Positions 15,031-30,986 of a stretch of DNA of 64,000 nucleotides are shown here, in pieces. This DNA is from the human T2T-CHM13v2.0 reference genome, Homo sapiens. The first letter of the stretch is position 1; each line of letters opens with the position of its first letter. The notes below the pieces were generated by a model that saw nothing but the letters and a program-made list of their open reading frames with translations, did no database searches and was not told the DNA's origin. A program made the position numbers and the translations under genes. The DNA lies in assembly GCF_009914755.1 (NCBI RefSeq), contig NC_060944.1; one strand, 5' to 3'.

Positions 15031-18000
15031 GCAGAAAGCCGTGAGAATATGGGGCTAAAGAACCTTCTAGCCAGGAGGCCTGCGGTACCCACTCCATTGG
15101 GGCCATGATATTATCCTTTCAGGCAGGGACTCAGGAAGGTTAACGTTTTAACCCTCTCTAAAATAGCATCTTTCCTCAATGAGCAGCTTAGTCTTTGGTC
15201 GTGGCAGAGATGACCTTGTCTTAGGAGTCATCTCCTTGTGTGTTAAAAAGTTAGGAAAGGAGGGTTTCTCATATATCTATAAAACAAGTAGTTAAAAACA
15301 CAAAGAGCTCTTCCTTTCACAAGCAGCTGAATAAAATACATACTCCCAATTAAATGTCATTGCGGGGGTTGTTAAGATTAACTAAAACCACACTTGCACA
15401 GTATCTTAAATAAGCGATATACAGAATAGAGAGATTTTGTTACTTGTGTAAAGGGAGACAGCAGATGATTCTGTTTTCAGCTTATAGGCTCAAAAGGCAA
15501 ATTGTGAGATCCATCAGCTGTAGTATTAAAATCTATTTTGAGCTCCGCTTAGAAAGGAAAAAAGGTTTAAGCAGTTCTTTGGTATGCTTGACTAACAAAA
15601 GCCTTTTTTTTTGGCAGCCTTGATTTTCATGTGGATTTACATCAAGCTTATTTGACAGGATTCTTTTTATTTGGACTGTAGTGTGTATATTAGTTTCTGC
15701 TAGACTAATATTTCTAACCACTGTAATCTATATACTAATAAGTATGATTGATCAGTATATAAAATTTGTATGCCATATCTGGTCTCTGAATTAGCTGAAT
15801 GAATTCCATAAGGGACTTTGAGACTGTGTAGACAAATTTTCTGCATCAGTTTAATGCAGTAGAGTCTAAAATGTCTTTAAATGAAAATTGTTGGTCTGAA
15901 GTGTTGGAGTTGATTATGATACACCCCATCACAGTGGAAGCATTGTGGAGAGAAGTCTTTTCCACTGAAATTGACTGAGTTGACAACAAGAAATACGTAT
16001 TGTAACTTAGTTCTTAGTTGAATTTTATTTCTTACAATTTTAAGCCAGAGTGGGTTGACCTGTCACCCAAGCATGGTTAAAATTGTATTCAGCATGCAAC
16101 TAGCATGGAGTGTGTCAGTCTTCAATTCATTTCCTTCATTGTTCTTAAGTTTTTCTGCCACAATTAAACCCCACAAGTTAGTCAAGGTGTTGAGATTTTC
16201 ACTGCTTCTTAATGGATTGCCACATTCCCTGAGGTAGTTTCTTTTGGTCTTAGAGAATTGTCAGGGCCAGCTTTTCTCACCTCCACTGTATGGATATTTT
16301 TCTTTTCTAAGATCTTGAAATCAGAAGCTTTTCTCCTAAGTGTAAAAGTAGCTCTTTGTCATACAACTGTAGCGTTTTCTGAAACAGAGTTCAGATGACC
16401 TTGAGTCTAAAGTGGCTAACTTTCCAAGGTGTGTATCGCTTTACCAAAACCATTATTTTTCAAGGATTCAAAGAATGTGTTTACAATTGATAGAAAATGG
16501 AAGTTTAAAAAAATTAATACTTTATAGCATGTTGAAATGAGGGCAGCCTTATACAAAGTCATACTTTGAGCTTGCCTAGCCTATTGTGATCAGAGAATAA
16601 TGTAATTTTTGCTTACAACTTGGTAAGCAGGTCAGTTATTCTAACTTATTTTCTGATTAGAACAAAAAGATGTAAAAACTTGAAAACTATTGGGAAAAGA
16701 ACAAAGAGTGAAGAGGACTTTTGAGTGCTGAGGAATGTGGCAGCTTGGAAAACAAACTTTTTAGGCAGAGATTCTTTGCTAGGTCAGTTTGATAAAGTGA
16801 GCATAACCGTATTTTTAATCTTTAATGCTAATGAATAGCATAGATGCTAATAAGCATCTAGGTCTATAAAAAGTCAGCTTTGATAGTGTATATAGATGGC
16901 TTTAAACATTGTTTTCTAGCATTTAAACACTTTCAAATCATCCGGTTGCTTGATTGGGCCTAGCTGTCTAAGAGGAGAGAATGAGCCCAGATGAGGAAAA
17001 GAGATTGATTTTACTGAGCTAGAATGAGAGGAGAGAGGGTTGAGTGAATGAAAAGAATAGCTCATGTGCTCCCCTCCATCTGTAGTTTAAGAGGGGTTGG
17101 GTCCGGTGTTTTGCTTGTTTTCTCGTCTGTAAATTCTTTGATTCTCTGACACCACTCACTATATTTCATTGTGAATGATTTGATTGTTTCAGATAAAGGG
17201 GACTGCAATAATAGCTTGTGACATGAAGGCAAGATTTATTCATGTTAGAGGCAGGCTTTGTAAAATGGGCCACTCTTCCAATTGACATTTGTTTTTATAG
17301 CTGTTTTCATTATGAAATACAATCTAATGCCTGACTAGGTTAAAACCATGTTGTAACAATAGTTCACTAAAATTCCTTACTGATATACAGCTTATGTTGT
17401 TATATTCCAAAAAGATGAATATTAAAATTTGCCAATAATGTTTATTTAAATACTATTTTCTTCAGAGGAAAAAAAACTATTTTATGCAAAGGAGAAAGAT
17501 CTATACACTATGACTCACTTCACTTAAAAAAAAAAAGACTAACGGAAATGACATGGAGAGACTGGGAAGTTCTAGTCATCTTGAGTGACCCATTAGATCT
17601 AAATGTTCTTGTTTAGCCCTGGTTTGAGTGAACTAAATTTAGGTGTCTGATCAGTACTTTGGAAATGGTGTAAATGCCTTTGTAATTGTCTGGACTGATA
17701 TTAGATTAACTGGGAGCACAAGTAGAAATAGTGAAGGAAAGAACTTTTTGCTATTGTTATTTGACATCACTGGCATATTTATAGGAATACTTTGGTGTTT
17801 TTGGAAGTAAGTAAACCAACCAGTGGTTCTAAAAAGTCAGCTGGGGGATAATGGTAATGCCGCTGTTTCTTAGCTGCAAGTTATCTGCCGTTACTTCTCC
17901 TCCATTTTGCATTTTATCTTGAATAGCTCCTCAAAACCTATTAAAATACCTGGTATTGAATAATGTAATTGAATGTGTACGAATTTCACAGTGGAAATGA

Positions 18001-18153
18001 ATAAGAAATTTCCTGTGGAGGTTTTTTGACTTAGCTACTGAAATAACGGCCTTTTGTTGTGTGATTCTTTCCCTTTTCTCTTTGTTAAAGAAAACTGTCT
18101 TGTGATCTTGTAGATTACAGAATCCTTTTGGCAATTTCTGTTCCTAGCACTGC

Positions 18154-18283
18154 TTTTTCTTTCTTTCTTTCTTTTAAATAGAAATGGGGTTTTGCTGTGT
18201 TGCCCAGGTTGGTCTTGAACTCCTGGCTTCAAGCGATCCTCCCACCTTGGCCTCCTGAAGTTGGGATTGCAGGCGTGAGCAGG
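18154..18283 (-). mobile_element. FLAM / Alu left monomer
   Basis: Single monomer. Confidence 0.88.
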
Positions 18284-19085
18284 TACTTTTTCTGAGGCCT
18301 GCCTGAGCCTATATATATTTTGCACAATTTGGCATTCCTCCCTACAGTGTTTATGCTGATTTGTTTCTGGTAACAACTAATACTGGCAAATCGGCTGGGC
18401 ATGTTACTTTATGCTGCCCATATTCAGGAAAATTGGAATTCTAGCTGGGTCATTGTTCCCAGATGATGTAGTTTGGCACCAGCCATTCCATGTTCACATT
18501 TTGAGTATCCAGGAGGGCTGGGGACTTTGGAGTAGTTGGTGATTCCCTCTGCCACATTTCACTGGTTGGTCACTATGGCATCCTTTCCACCACACTAGTA
18601 GTCTAGGTTCTCAGATGTTGCTTATGAGCCTGCAATGGTTTCTAGTTTCACACTGCAGAAATGAGTGAAGCCGGTTACCCGTTAATATGGTCCCATCATC
18701 ACTAGAGTAATTCATTGTTCTAAAACCAGATCTGAGTCTCTCACTCCTCTGCAACTACTTCTGATTCTTTCATAACACTTGTAAAGTCCAAACTCCTCTT
18801 TAGCATGGCAGCCAGCTTCCAGTCCTTCCCTCCTATGTGGCTTCCATTCTAGCCAGACAAGAAAGGGCAGCGTTCTCCAAACTCATCCTCGCCCTTCATT
18901 CCTCTATACCATTGCTGAGCACTTTGTTGAGGATGCCTCTCCCGTTCAATCTAGCTTGCATCTTCCAGCTCGAATGTGTGCTTCCTTGCACCAGAGTTTT
19001 GTTCCGTCACCTGTGTGTTTTCATACAAGCTGGCACATATCTCTTCTAAAGCCCTGCTGTCATTGTAGCTGCGTCTTTACAAACA

Positions 19086-19223
<138 letters not shown>

Positions 19224-20863
19224 TAGCTGCTACTTTATATCCCAGGTCTATCTCCAATGGAGCCCAAGCTTCCTGAGGCCACCTGTTGTATCTTTCTCAT
19301 TCATCTTGAAGTCCTCTGCTCCTGGCACAGAGTAGGTACCTAACAAGAGTTGGGATTGAATTGATGGTCAGTACTTTGCTAGCCTGATGGTATAAAGATG
19401 TACAAAACATGTTCCTGGCTCCCACTCTAGGGGGGCAATGATGGAAACAAATAGATTAGCCCACATTAGTACCAATAGTAGAGGTCACTCTGGGAGAAGG
19501 CCCCCACCACATTTTGAGTCATGGCCTAATGAGGTAATTTAGTATTGCCTGCTGCAGTGGCTTTGGAAGAAAGGCTGGCATTCTTAGCCAGTAGAAGCTG
19601 ATACCACTGTTTTGTTTCACAGAAGCTTTAAATATAACAATAAATTTGTGCTTGGCCTACGGTGAACTTTACAGGCAACTTGGAGGTAATATGTTTGTCT
19701 CTCTAAGAATTGTTGAATTCCTCTTCCCTCATCCCTCCTGACTGGTTCTCACAAGCCTAGCGGGCCTTTGCATGTGGTTGGTTCATAAAATACTTTTTGA
19801 TTTTGGGATATAAAATATAGTTCTCCATAAAATAACGACTGTTACCAAGTCTTTGATTTTTTTTTTTCAAACTATAAATGGTAATGACATTCTTTGGCCT
19901 TTGATCAGACCACCCTTAGGGGCAAGAGAGTAGTTTCATGTTTTGCTTTTTCTAGTGTCCCCTGTGTCTGGGTATAGTTGCAGTCTCAGCTGTCATACTA
20001 ACAGTGCTGAGTGAGTCCCTTACTTTCTTTGGGTTTTGGTTTCTCCCTTGTAAAAATGATCCTGGACTAACTGATCATTAAGTTCAGGTCAAGTAATAAA
20101 AATCCTTAATGTACTCACAAATACAATTTAATGTTCCTGAATAATCCTTGTAAAAACTGCAGCGGTTACTCAGTTTTGTAAGGTGTGGTTGGGTACTATT
20201 AGGCTCAAAAGTTTATAGGAGCTTTGTGAGTATAGTTAACAACTCAAAAGAATGGGGTGTTTTTTCCCGAGGGGCATGAAATGTTTTTGATAAATAGAGT
20301 TCATTTGACTTGGTAATGTGGAAAATGAGTAGCCCTGACACGTACGCTATGCTTTTGCAGTTTTTCTCTCAAGTAGCAATTGGGTGGCTTTTCCTGTAAA
20401 AGATAGAGGAACTGATTCTTGAGAATTTACGAAAGCTTCAACCCTAACTAGGTATGCAAAGAATAGTTGCCCTTTATGTTGTAATTTTAGGAAGAAACCT
20501 ACATCTGGTCTAAGTTTCATTTGAATAATATGATAGTTTACACATCTGCCATATTTGAGAAGAAAGTACCTAAGTCTCCAGCATTTTAGAAATAATGCTT
20601 TACTTTGTGTAGAAATGGTCTTTAGAGTTTAATAGCTGCTGCCCTCTCCTTTTTCAAAGCAGCTTGACATAATCATGAGTATCTTGCTGACAGCTTGTAA
20701 ATTTTGATTGTATGAAAACTGAAAATAAGACCATTTCACATGGAAGATTCCCTCCTGCCCTGAAACAGCCAAAGAAAACTGTAGCCATCAAATCTATTGA
20801 TCTCTGGGCTTTGGTACAAGTCACACTACTACAAATAAAATAATACCAAGTACTTATAAATGA

Positions 20864-21190
<327 letters not shown>

Positions 21191-23721
21191 CAGTCCTTTT
21201 TTTAAGAGAAAAACGTATGACATCGTTCGATTTACTGAGTGCTTATGGTTTTACTAAGGCAGTAAGGTTTTATGGATACCCTATGGTAATTAGATAGAAT
21301 TAGTGCTCTGAAGTCAGCTCTGTAATATGGACTCAGAGTAAACATGGCAAAGGGACACTTAAGGTCTGCATTTTCTCTGGGAAATAAACGTATTCTTTAC
21401 TACTCTGAATCTAGTGCTGGGAAATTCTAAATCCTTCTTGAGGATTAACCACTTGAAGTAAAGTTTTGGGTCCCAAGTAGGCTTGTGTCCCTGTCTCCTT
21501 CTCTTTACTTTTCAGATGTTTCTTCCTAGAGACTGAGGTATATTTTACTTTTACAGATGAAGAAGGAAGCCTCGGCTGTGTTTGTGGCTTTTGTGGGTGA
21601 GCAACATCACTTGCAAAGATAAGATGAGCATAGCAAAACTAGGCTTTCAAAATAATTTTTAAAAATTTCTTAGTGATTAGAAAAGGAAAACTCTTCCCTT
21701 GTCTCTGTTAAGAAACGTTTTTCGACTTTTTTCCTTTCTTAATGGATCTTTTATTGGCACTTCTCTTCCTTTTGCAGAATCTTACTTAAAAGTCACTACG
21801 TTACATTACAGCAAACAGCTTAGCTAATTTTTATCCAGATGGGCCCCGGTTACAGGATTGTACACTATTGCGAATTTCTTACAGGAAAGTGAACATCAAG
21901 TAATTATTCCAAATAGAGTTCTCTTAAGAACGTGAGTTACTTAAAAATGTCTAAGGATGAAGTCACTTCTGAATATAACTTCACTCAAGAGAACAAATAA
22001 GCAAACTGCATTTAGCATAACATGGTAAATTAGCTTTAACTCTCCTTGATGTTTGAACATTTGTCGCTGTTAACTACTGTTTCACTTTTCAAATAGTCAG
22101 GGCTTAGTTTGCTTCTGTAAGGATAAAGGGAAAATACGCCTTCACTGAGTCATAAATATTTTTGTGGCTAACTTTTGCACAGAGAAAAGAGGCCTCTAAG
22201 AAGGTACCCAGTGAATTTTTTTTTCGGGGCAGGGAGAGAATATGTCATTTTTTGGTTTGTTGTTGTTGTTGTCATTGTTTTGCTTTGTTGTTTTTACTCT
22301 GAACTGAACTGTATCTTGACAGCACTTTTGAATTAAGAGCATTACTCTTATTGTTCTCTACTACCTGGACGCCACCTCCCTGTTGCCATAGTGGTAAGGA
22401 TCATGCTCCGAGGTGGGGTGAGGCAGAATGGGGCCAAGATCAGAAAGTTACATTAAGCTACATCAGGTTTATACAAGCATAAAACCAAATTTTTGGAGCA
22501 GTCCCCAGAATACAACCTGGTTTAGCCACACCTAAAGGTTGCTCTTGAATATTCCTTGAGAATCCACATCCCTAGAATGCTGGGTTTCAATGGGCCCTTT
22601 ATGTACCTATCATGGTGTCATTTCTGAGCATTTCTAAATATTCCTTCATGTCTTACTGACAGTTTTTCTTGAATAAATCTTAGGAATATTAGTGCCATTA
22701 TCAGTATTTTGTTTGGTCTGTTCACACCACAAATAACTACCCAGGTCTGCTACTTGCCCCTATTTCTCTACCTGCTAATGAAAATGCTTTTGAAAGTTTG
22801 AGTAACAGTATTGGAGTGTGCACAGTGGTATTGGTAGGTTCTGTACTCATCCTTAACCACTTGTTTTCATCCTTTGTGAGCTTGAAGTTTCTCCAAAAAA
22901 TTTATCACAAAACTTATCAGACATAGTTAATACACTCAGAGAGAGAATCACTGAAAAAGTAGATGTAGTTTAACAAACCCAGTGCCTTTTTTTTACCCAT
23001 GAATACATATTTGTCAACTAAACCTCATTTTGCAACTTGTTCCACTACTCGAATGGTAACAAACTTTTGGTTTCCCAATAGGTTTGGAAGATGTTGCTTT
23101 TGAAAGTAGGAAATAGATGGCTTTAGAAGATGGAAGAATATTTTGTTTGAAGTGGGAGCGTGGTATGTCCTTAGCTGTCTGTGAAATGCAGCTGAAGATG
23201 GGTGTGGGCCTTCATCTGCATTTCCCATCTTCAGTTTGAGGAGGTAGTTACCCTTCTAACCACTTAAGAACTGCATGGTACATGCTGTTTTATTTACAGG
23301 GCAAAACTGTGCTCCCGTAGTTTCCCTGGTGCTTGCCTTCACGTTAACACAGTGTCATCGTTTGGCAGTGTTTATGTGCCAGGGTCCATGTTAGAAGGAG
23401 GAAAGGTATAGCGAAGTTAAAGGGTGCAGTTGGCCTCCCACCTTTAGTTTTGTAAGTGCCTTTAAAGTTTGATTTTTGTAGGTTGATCATAAGGAAGTGA
23501 TAAGTATGTTAGGTTATTTGTGGTTTGAGCTAATTTTAGTCTCTTTTTACAGCTTGCTTTGTATCCTTTGCCATTAAAACATGCTTTCTAGAAAGACAAC
23601 TTTTGAATGTAGGACACAGTCTATATTCTATACTTGGCTACATTTCAAAAAATATTTTCTCAGTACTTTGGAAGTTGGACAGTTGGAAGCATAGTGACAG
23701 TATTTAAAAATCTTTGATTCC

Positions 23722-24021
23722 GGCCGGGCATGGTGGCTCACGCCTGTAATCCCAGCACTTTGGGAGGCCGAGGTGGGTGGATCACTTGAGGTCCGGAGTT
23801 CAGGACCAGCCTGACCAACATGGTGAAACCCTGTCTCTACTAAAAATACAAAATTAGCCGAGCGTGGTGGTACATGCCTGTAATCCCAGCTACTCAGGAG
23901 GCTGAGGCAGGAGAATCGCTTGAATCTGGGAGGCGGAGGTTGCATTGAGCCGAGATCATACCATTGCACTACAGCCTGGGGGACAAGAGTGAAACTCTGT
24001 CTCAAAAAAAAAAAAAAAAAA
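23722..24021 (+). mobile_element. AluS
   Basis: Full dimer. Confidence 0.95.
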
Positions 24022-26302
24022 TTAAGTGATTTCTTTGCTTTGTGACACTTCTACTTTTCCAGCAAGTAAATTATATTCTTTCATACAGGTATGAAATTCT
24101 TGTTCCAAGCTAGTGGTTAAAAAGGCACAGTTGATATTAGAGGATTTGTAAAAGATTATGACCACGCCTGCAATGTACTGAAGCAAGGCTTTGCTGGGCT
24201 GTGTATAGGAAACCTTCCCCAGCCTGTGCCCTTGCTTGATAGAACATTTTGCTCCTAAGGGTAGGTGCCTGTATCTGTCTCCAGTACTGGTTAGTTTCAC
24301 ACAGAACAGTTGTGTTTCAGAGCTTTAGTCTCAAGCTGCCCTGCTCCCCTGAAGCAGCCACCCTGAGCATGTGCACTCACAGGAGGGGACATGTGAGGTC
24401 ATGGAAGAAGACGACTCAGGAAGAAGAAGACTTGGGTTTGGGTTCTGACTCTGCCTTTGACTGTTGTGGGATTTTGAGGAGTTGCATACAGGATCTGTAA
24501 AATGTAGTCATTAGACTAGACTAGACAGCCATATAGCATTACCTAGATGTAACTTTCTACAAAGACATGGTCACAGGAGAAGACCAGAGGGTGGGGTGAT
24601 CTTTCTGGAAAAATTGGGGCTTCATGCCTTACTCATGCTAGATATGGTAGCATTATATGGCTGTGCCTGATCCCCCTAATCTAAAAGTGGGACAGAACTT
24701 TAAAATTTCATATTAACTCAAATTAAAACTTGAAAAAAACCCATTATTTCCTTAAAAATAATAAAATGCCCTGTGGGGGCATAAGTCACATTATATTTTA
24801 AAATTCCTGAATGCCACATGGATGAATGTAGTTCCTTTTGAAATTCTTCTTTTGTCTAAAGAGGAATGTTGGATTTTGTAATTGGACTAAAAAATCTTCC
24901 ATTTGAGAGAGAAACAGTCTGCTGCATGTTCTACCCTTGTTCAGGATAAAACCCACTAATAGCTAACATTTATTGAATTCTGTGTTGTGCCTCAGGCACT
25001 GTGCAAAGTCCTTTACATGCAATGCTGTTTATTATATACTGTCAATTGGTCTATAACAGCAGGAAATGTTTCAGGAGGACAATGAGGTCCCAGACCCTCA
25101 GTCTTCTCCTGTGTCCTGGATTCAGCTTCACAATAGCACTATGGCGGTGTGGCCACTGCTTCAGCTTCCACATACATGGCTGTGAAGAGAGACAGGGGAT
25201 TGTGCTAAGCCTCCCCGATTTATTAGGACATAGGAGGAGAGAGTTTGTAGTTTTTGACCTTTGCCTAGTTTTCTAACCTCTTTCCTAGATGTCACAAATT
25301 GGCCACCCACAGTCATATTTTGCTTGCTTCACGCAATGCTTTTTAAAAAAGAGAAGAGTTTAATTTGTGCCATTGTTTATAAATGAATCAGGAGAAATGA
25401 CATGCAACTCTGGATTCTGGCCTCTCTTGAAAAATCTGAAAATCACACCGTCTGAGCTTACACTGGCAGTGGTCTGCTGGACTGAGGGACACAACTCCTT
25501 TTGGATGTACATGTGTGCGTTGCAGAGTTTACCACAGTCCCACAGTGGGTCACACTGTCCTTGTCGGTGTACACTACCTAGCACTTGAGTTTGCAACCCC
25601 TACCCCAAGCTGAGTTTTCTCGTCAAGCTTGATGTTAATGTTATGTGATGCTTGGCCTTGTAGGTATTTGGTATATTATCGTTAGATAAAATTGAAGCAA
25701 AGGGCTAAAGGGTTGGTGGCCTGAGGGAGTGCCCTTGACAGTAAAGTCTAGGATAAAATCATTGGCCAGGTACTCCTTCCCTTCCCGCCCTTCCTCTTTT
25801 CTCTTTATCCTCAGCCTCCTTCTGCTATTTTGAGGAAGTTAGAAGCCACCACCATTTTTTCCCACCTCAGGCAACTGAGTGTGGCTGTATTTCTGTCCCA
25901 TGTTCAGTTATTTCCAGGAACTATTTTTGATGACCAACTTGAAGTTACATTGGGTGGGCCTAATGGGGGCTGATAAAAGAATGAGGTGACCAAATATGCT
26001 TGCACTGAGACGGCTACGAAGTAAGGTTTTTAATGACTTGCTTTGTGACTTGGTCAGGAGTGATACCATTTGTCATGTGTCCAACTTCATGACTAAATGG
26101 TTGCTCTACCTTATCCTCATAGCTATAATAAAATAAAATAAATACATACATTGCAGGGAGGAATGTATCTTGTTAAAGGTCTCTCCCTTTTAGCAACAAA
26201 AGTACATATTATGTTGTAGAACATGCTTTTTCTTTGATCCTTCTTGAACACCTATTACTCTATAGAGGTATGTTGTGTATGGCAAATCAGAACAAGCAAT
26301 AG

Positions 26303-26698
<396 letters not shown>

Positions 26699-27194
26699 AG
26701 GTATTTGTATTTTTAGTCTCTATGCCTTACCGTCTCAGATCAGGAGGATTTGGTGATTTATCGAATGTGGGGGAAGGGGAAGAAGAGGAAACGGGAGGAA
26801 TGTTCCAGATTAGGGAAATAGCTAGATGGAAGATGCAGCCCCTCATCAAGGTGGGGACACAGGAAAAGGAACGTGTGCAAAGAAGATGGTGATCTGGTTG
26901 TGACCATGTTGTTAGAGGACGTCCAGGGAAGCATCTGGTAGGTGGTGGGGTGTTTAAATATAGAACATTCGGAGAATGCTCCGAAGCTTCAGAGAACCCT
27001 TCCCAAAAGGACAAAACCAGCTCAGTGTTTTAGCACTCCGGGATCATATGGCATGACAGCATGGCTGCTTTATACTTTTTTGTGTATGTGAAATTAAAAC
27101 CAACCACTCAGGACCAATTTCTCTGAAGCTTTTTGTCAATCTTTCATTTGCTTTTCTCGTCTAGATTGTAAGCTCCTTGCAGCCAGTGTCTGTT

Positions 27195-27500
27195 GATTCA
27201 GTCATTCAAAAAATAATACATGAACAGCTACTAGGTACCAGGCTCTGTGCTGGGCAGTTGGGATATGTGGTGAGGAAGACAAACTTGGTCCCTGCCCTTA
27301 GGAAGTTCAGTAGTCCAGCAGACAAAGTGGCTGAATAAAGATAATCTCAGTTCACAGTGATAAGAGCTCTTACAGGCCTAGGCTCCAGGTGCTGTGGGGA
27401 TGCTCAGGAAAAGGTATCTAATTGGGATTGGGAGCAGGCAAAACAAATAAAGGATAGTGTATAAAGGTAATATCTAGTTGAAGTTCTGAAGGGCAAGGAG
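27195..27500 (-). mobile_element. L2 3' fragment
   Basis: TTCAGTCATTCAA...CCAGGCTCTGTGCTGGGC...GGTCCCTGCCCT. Confidence 0.7.
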
Positions 27501-28157
27501 GAGTGAGCCTGTATATTCTCTGAGTCTCTCCCTAATCTGGGATTGACTTCTTGTCCGTCTCTGTTCATATTAAGTGTCACCTAGGCTTGAAAGGGTGAGA
27601 TCATATTTCACTTCCTTCCTCTTTGGTCTTAACCTTTCTCTGCTACCCCCTCACACAATGCATATGCATTATTCTCTTATTGTATATATTTTTCCTCTCT
27701 TCCTTTTCATGTTTCCTCTGCCATTACTTTTAACCTCGACTGCCATATGGCCTCTAAACGCTTCCAGAAGGGTAGCCTAGTGGAGGTTATTCCATCATGG
27801 CCTTGAGCTCATGCGACCAGATAGTGAAGGCATCTGTGTAGGTGTCTTCTCCAGGAGGGTGATATTTGTTTCATTGTAAATTTTGTAGCCCTAGAACACC
27901 AACAACAGTGCACAGTAATTAGTAGGCAGGCAGTACAGGATTCATTGAAGTGAAGTGATAACTTTTATCCAAGTATGTATGCAGATAATCTTTGATTTGT
28001 ACAAAAAAAATTATATTTTAATATGTAAAGATTTTTTAAAAGAATCTTCAAGTTTTAGCCTTCCCACTAGGAATATATTGAAAACATGTGCCTAGTTCAC
28101 TGACTTGCAGCTGCCACTATGAGAATAAAGGTCTCATTTAGTTGTTGTGAATTTTAA

Positions 28158-28515
<358 letters not shown>

Positions 28516-28684
28516 TATGTGCTCTTATTAGCAATTCTCAGTACACAGATAGCTTTGAGTGATTCTTTCAAGTCAAGTACCTTATTAAAAAACTCAAGTG
28601 TACTGATAATTATCTTACTTTTAAATGGCTAAGTGATAAGACTGAATTTTTAGGTACTGTAACACTTCAGATTACAGATTCTGA

Positions 28685-29008
<324 letters not shown>

Positions 29009-29721
29009 TTAAATTTAAATACAAAAATTATGTTGATTAATTCTGAATGATTTCCTGATTGCTCCCCGTTTACCATTCACACATTTATTAAATTCTTCGC
29101 TTGCCATATAGAAGCAGTCTCTCTGCCATATATGCCATATAGATAACAGAACTAGCTGTCTGCAAACCACTGAAATTGTGAAAACATCTCCCCTTTTTTC
29201 CTGTTTCTAATTCTAGCTATGAGGATTATATACAGAAGTAGTCCTGGATTTGATTTTTTTTTTTTTGATGATTGTTTTTTGATAGTTGTTGACTACAAAT
29301 CATTTAAACGTCTGAAAGGGGAAAGGTTTTCCTTAAAAATGGATGACAAAGGAGAATAAAAAGGTATTTTGACTATTTTTTTGAATGATGAGTTTTTTTT
29401 TTCTCTTTCTTGTTTTCTTTTGGAGTCATTTATGTGTCACTGAGTGGATACCATGGAACATGTGGCAGAAGTAGATATATGGGGTAAAAGAACCATAGTT
29501 CATAAGCTCCTTGACAGAATCACTGAAGTGTAGCCGTTATATGGCCACTGTCGCAGGGGGAGGCAGCAGTTTTGAAGAAGGGGATGAGTAATAATGAGTG
29601 ATAAAAAGGCATCCTGGATAGAAGACCAAACTCTGCAGAAGACCCCAGTTTGATTATGCTTTTGTTTTCTGATTTGCGGAGGAGAGTGAAAATGCCTGAG
29701 GGGTGCGGGGGAGCACATAGG

Positions 29722-29747
29722 GTGTATGTGTGTGTGTGTGCGCGTGC
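29722..29747. repeat. (GT)n/(GC)n alternating purine-pyrimidine tract
   Basis: GTGTATGTGTGTGTGTGTGCGCGTGC. Confidence 0.8.
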
Positions 29748-29865
29748 AGATTCTCTCTTTCACTGTATGTATTTGTATGCATGTATGTATCTTAGGACTT
29801 AAGCTTTCTAGTCAATAAATTGCCATAGTGGGGAATTGCTTAATTGCTTGCCTTCTGTTGTTGTA

Positions 29866-30065
<200 letters not shown>

Positions 30066-30986
30066 TAGTTTACCTGGCTCACAACCTGTCTTTCCATATC
30101 AAGGCTTCTGTCACCCCTGGCCCATGTCAGTGCATTTGGGCAGCCCACCCAGCATCATCACCTCATGTCCCAGGGAACTTCCTGTTCCTCTCTTCCAGCT
30201 ATTTCCTTCCCTGGCAGTTGAGATAGTCTCTACCTTTGACCTACTGTTAAGCTCAGACCTTCTGCTCTCTAGTTACAGCCTCTGTGCTGCCAGATTCCCT
30301 CGCTCAGTTGCTTTCTCTAGTTTGGGTTTTCTCCTTTATTCAGATTTCCAGCTGTTTCTCTCCTCCCCCCACCGCAGCCTCCTCACTTCCCTCCTTATGC
30401 ATCTGAGACTGTGGTCAGTCACTTTAGATGCTGCCTCTCCACTGTACTTGTGTCCATCTTCTTACCTACCACCTCTAGCCCTGGAGCAGGCTCTTCCCCT
30501 GTCTTTGTCTTCCTGGGCCCAGGCTCCTAAGCGCTGCTGGAAAAAAAATCCCCCAGTATTGAGCCCCTAGAAATCCAGTCTTTAATCCCAAATCTGTCTC
30601 CCCCAGCATCTGGCCATCAGATCTAAAGCTTACCTGCCATCCTTTCCACCTCATTTCTCTCACAGGGGAAAAGGAGCCTTTGCTCCTAGAGTCTGCGCTC
30701 CTGACCCCTTCCCATCTCACCTGTTCAAGGCATCTTGCAATAAGGGGTTGGTGACTCTCGAGGAATGGATCCCAGGCCCTCCCTATTATCATCTTATGTA
30801 TGCCAGTTCAACGTTCTCAGCTTCCTCCAGCCGAGACGGCCCCTCCAGCCACTGCTTTATACTCTCCTTCTCTGGTTGAAATTTTTGAAGTAAATAGGTC
30901 ACTCTGCCCATCGTTCATCTTCCAGTCACTCTGTGTGTTTATCTTCCAGGGAAGTGAGGCTCTATGCTACCAAGCCACTGAAATAA

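Noticed and set aside
19420-19438. CTCF-like CCACTCTAGGGGGGCA
   Set aside because: Several mismatches to the core consensus; cannot be supported.
26963-26990. Small hairpin TTCGGAG-AATG-CTCCGAA
   Set aside because: A 7-bp stem is expected by chance in 64 kb.
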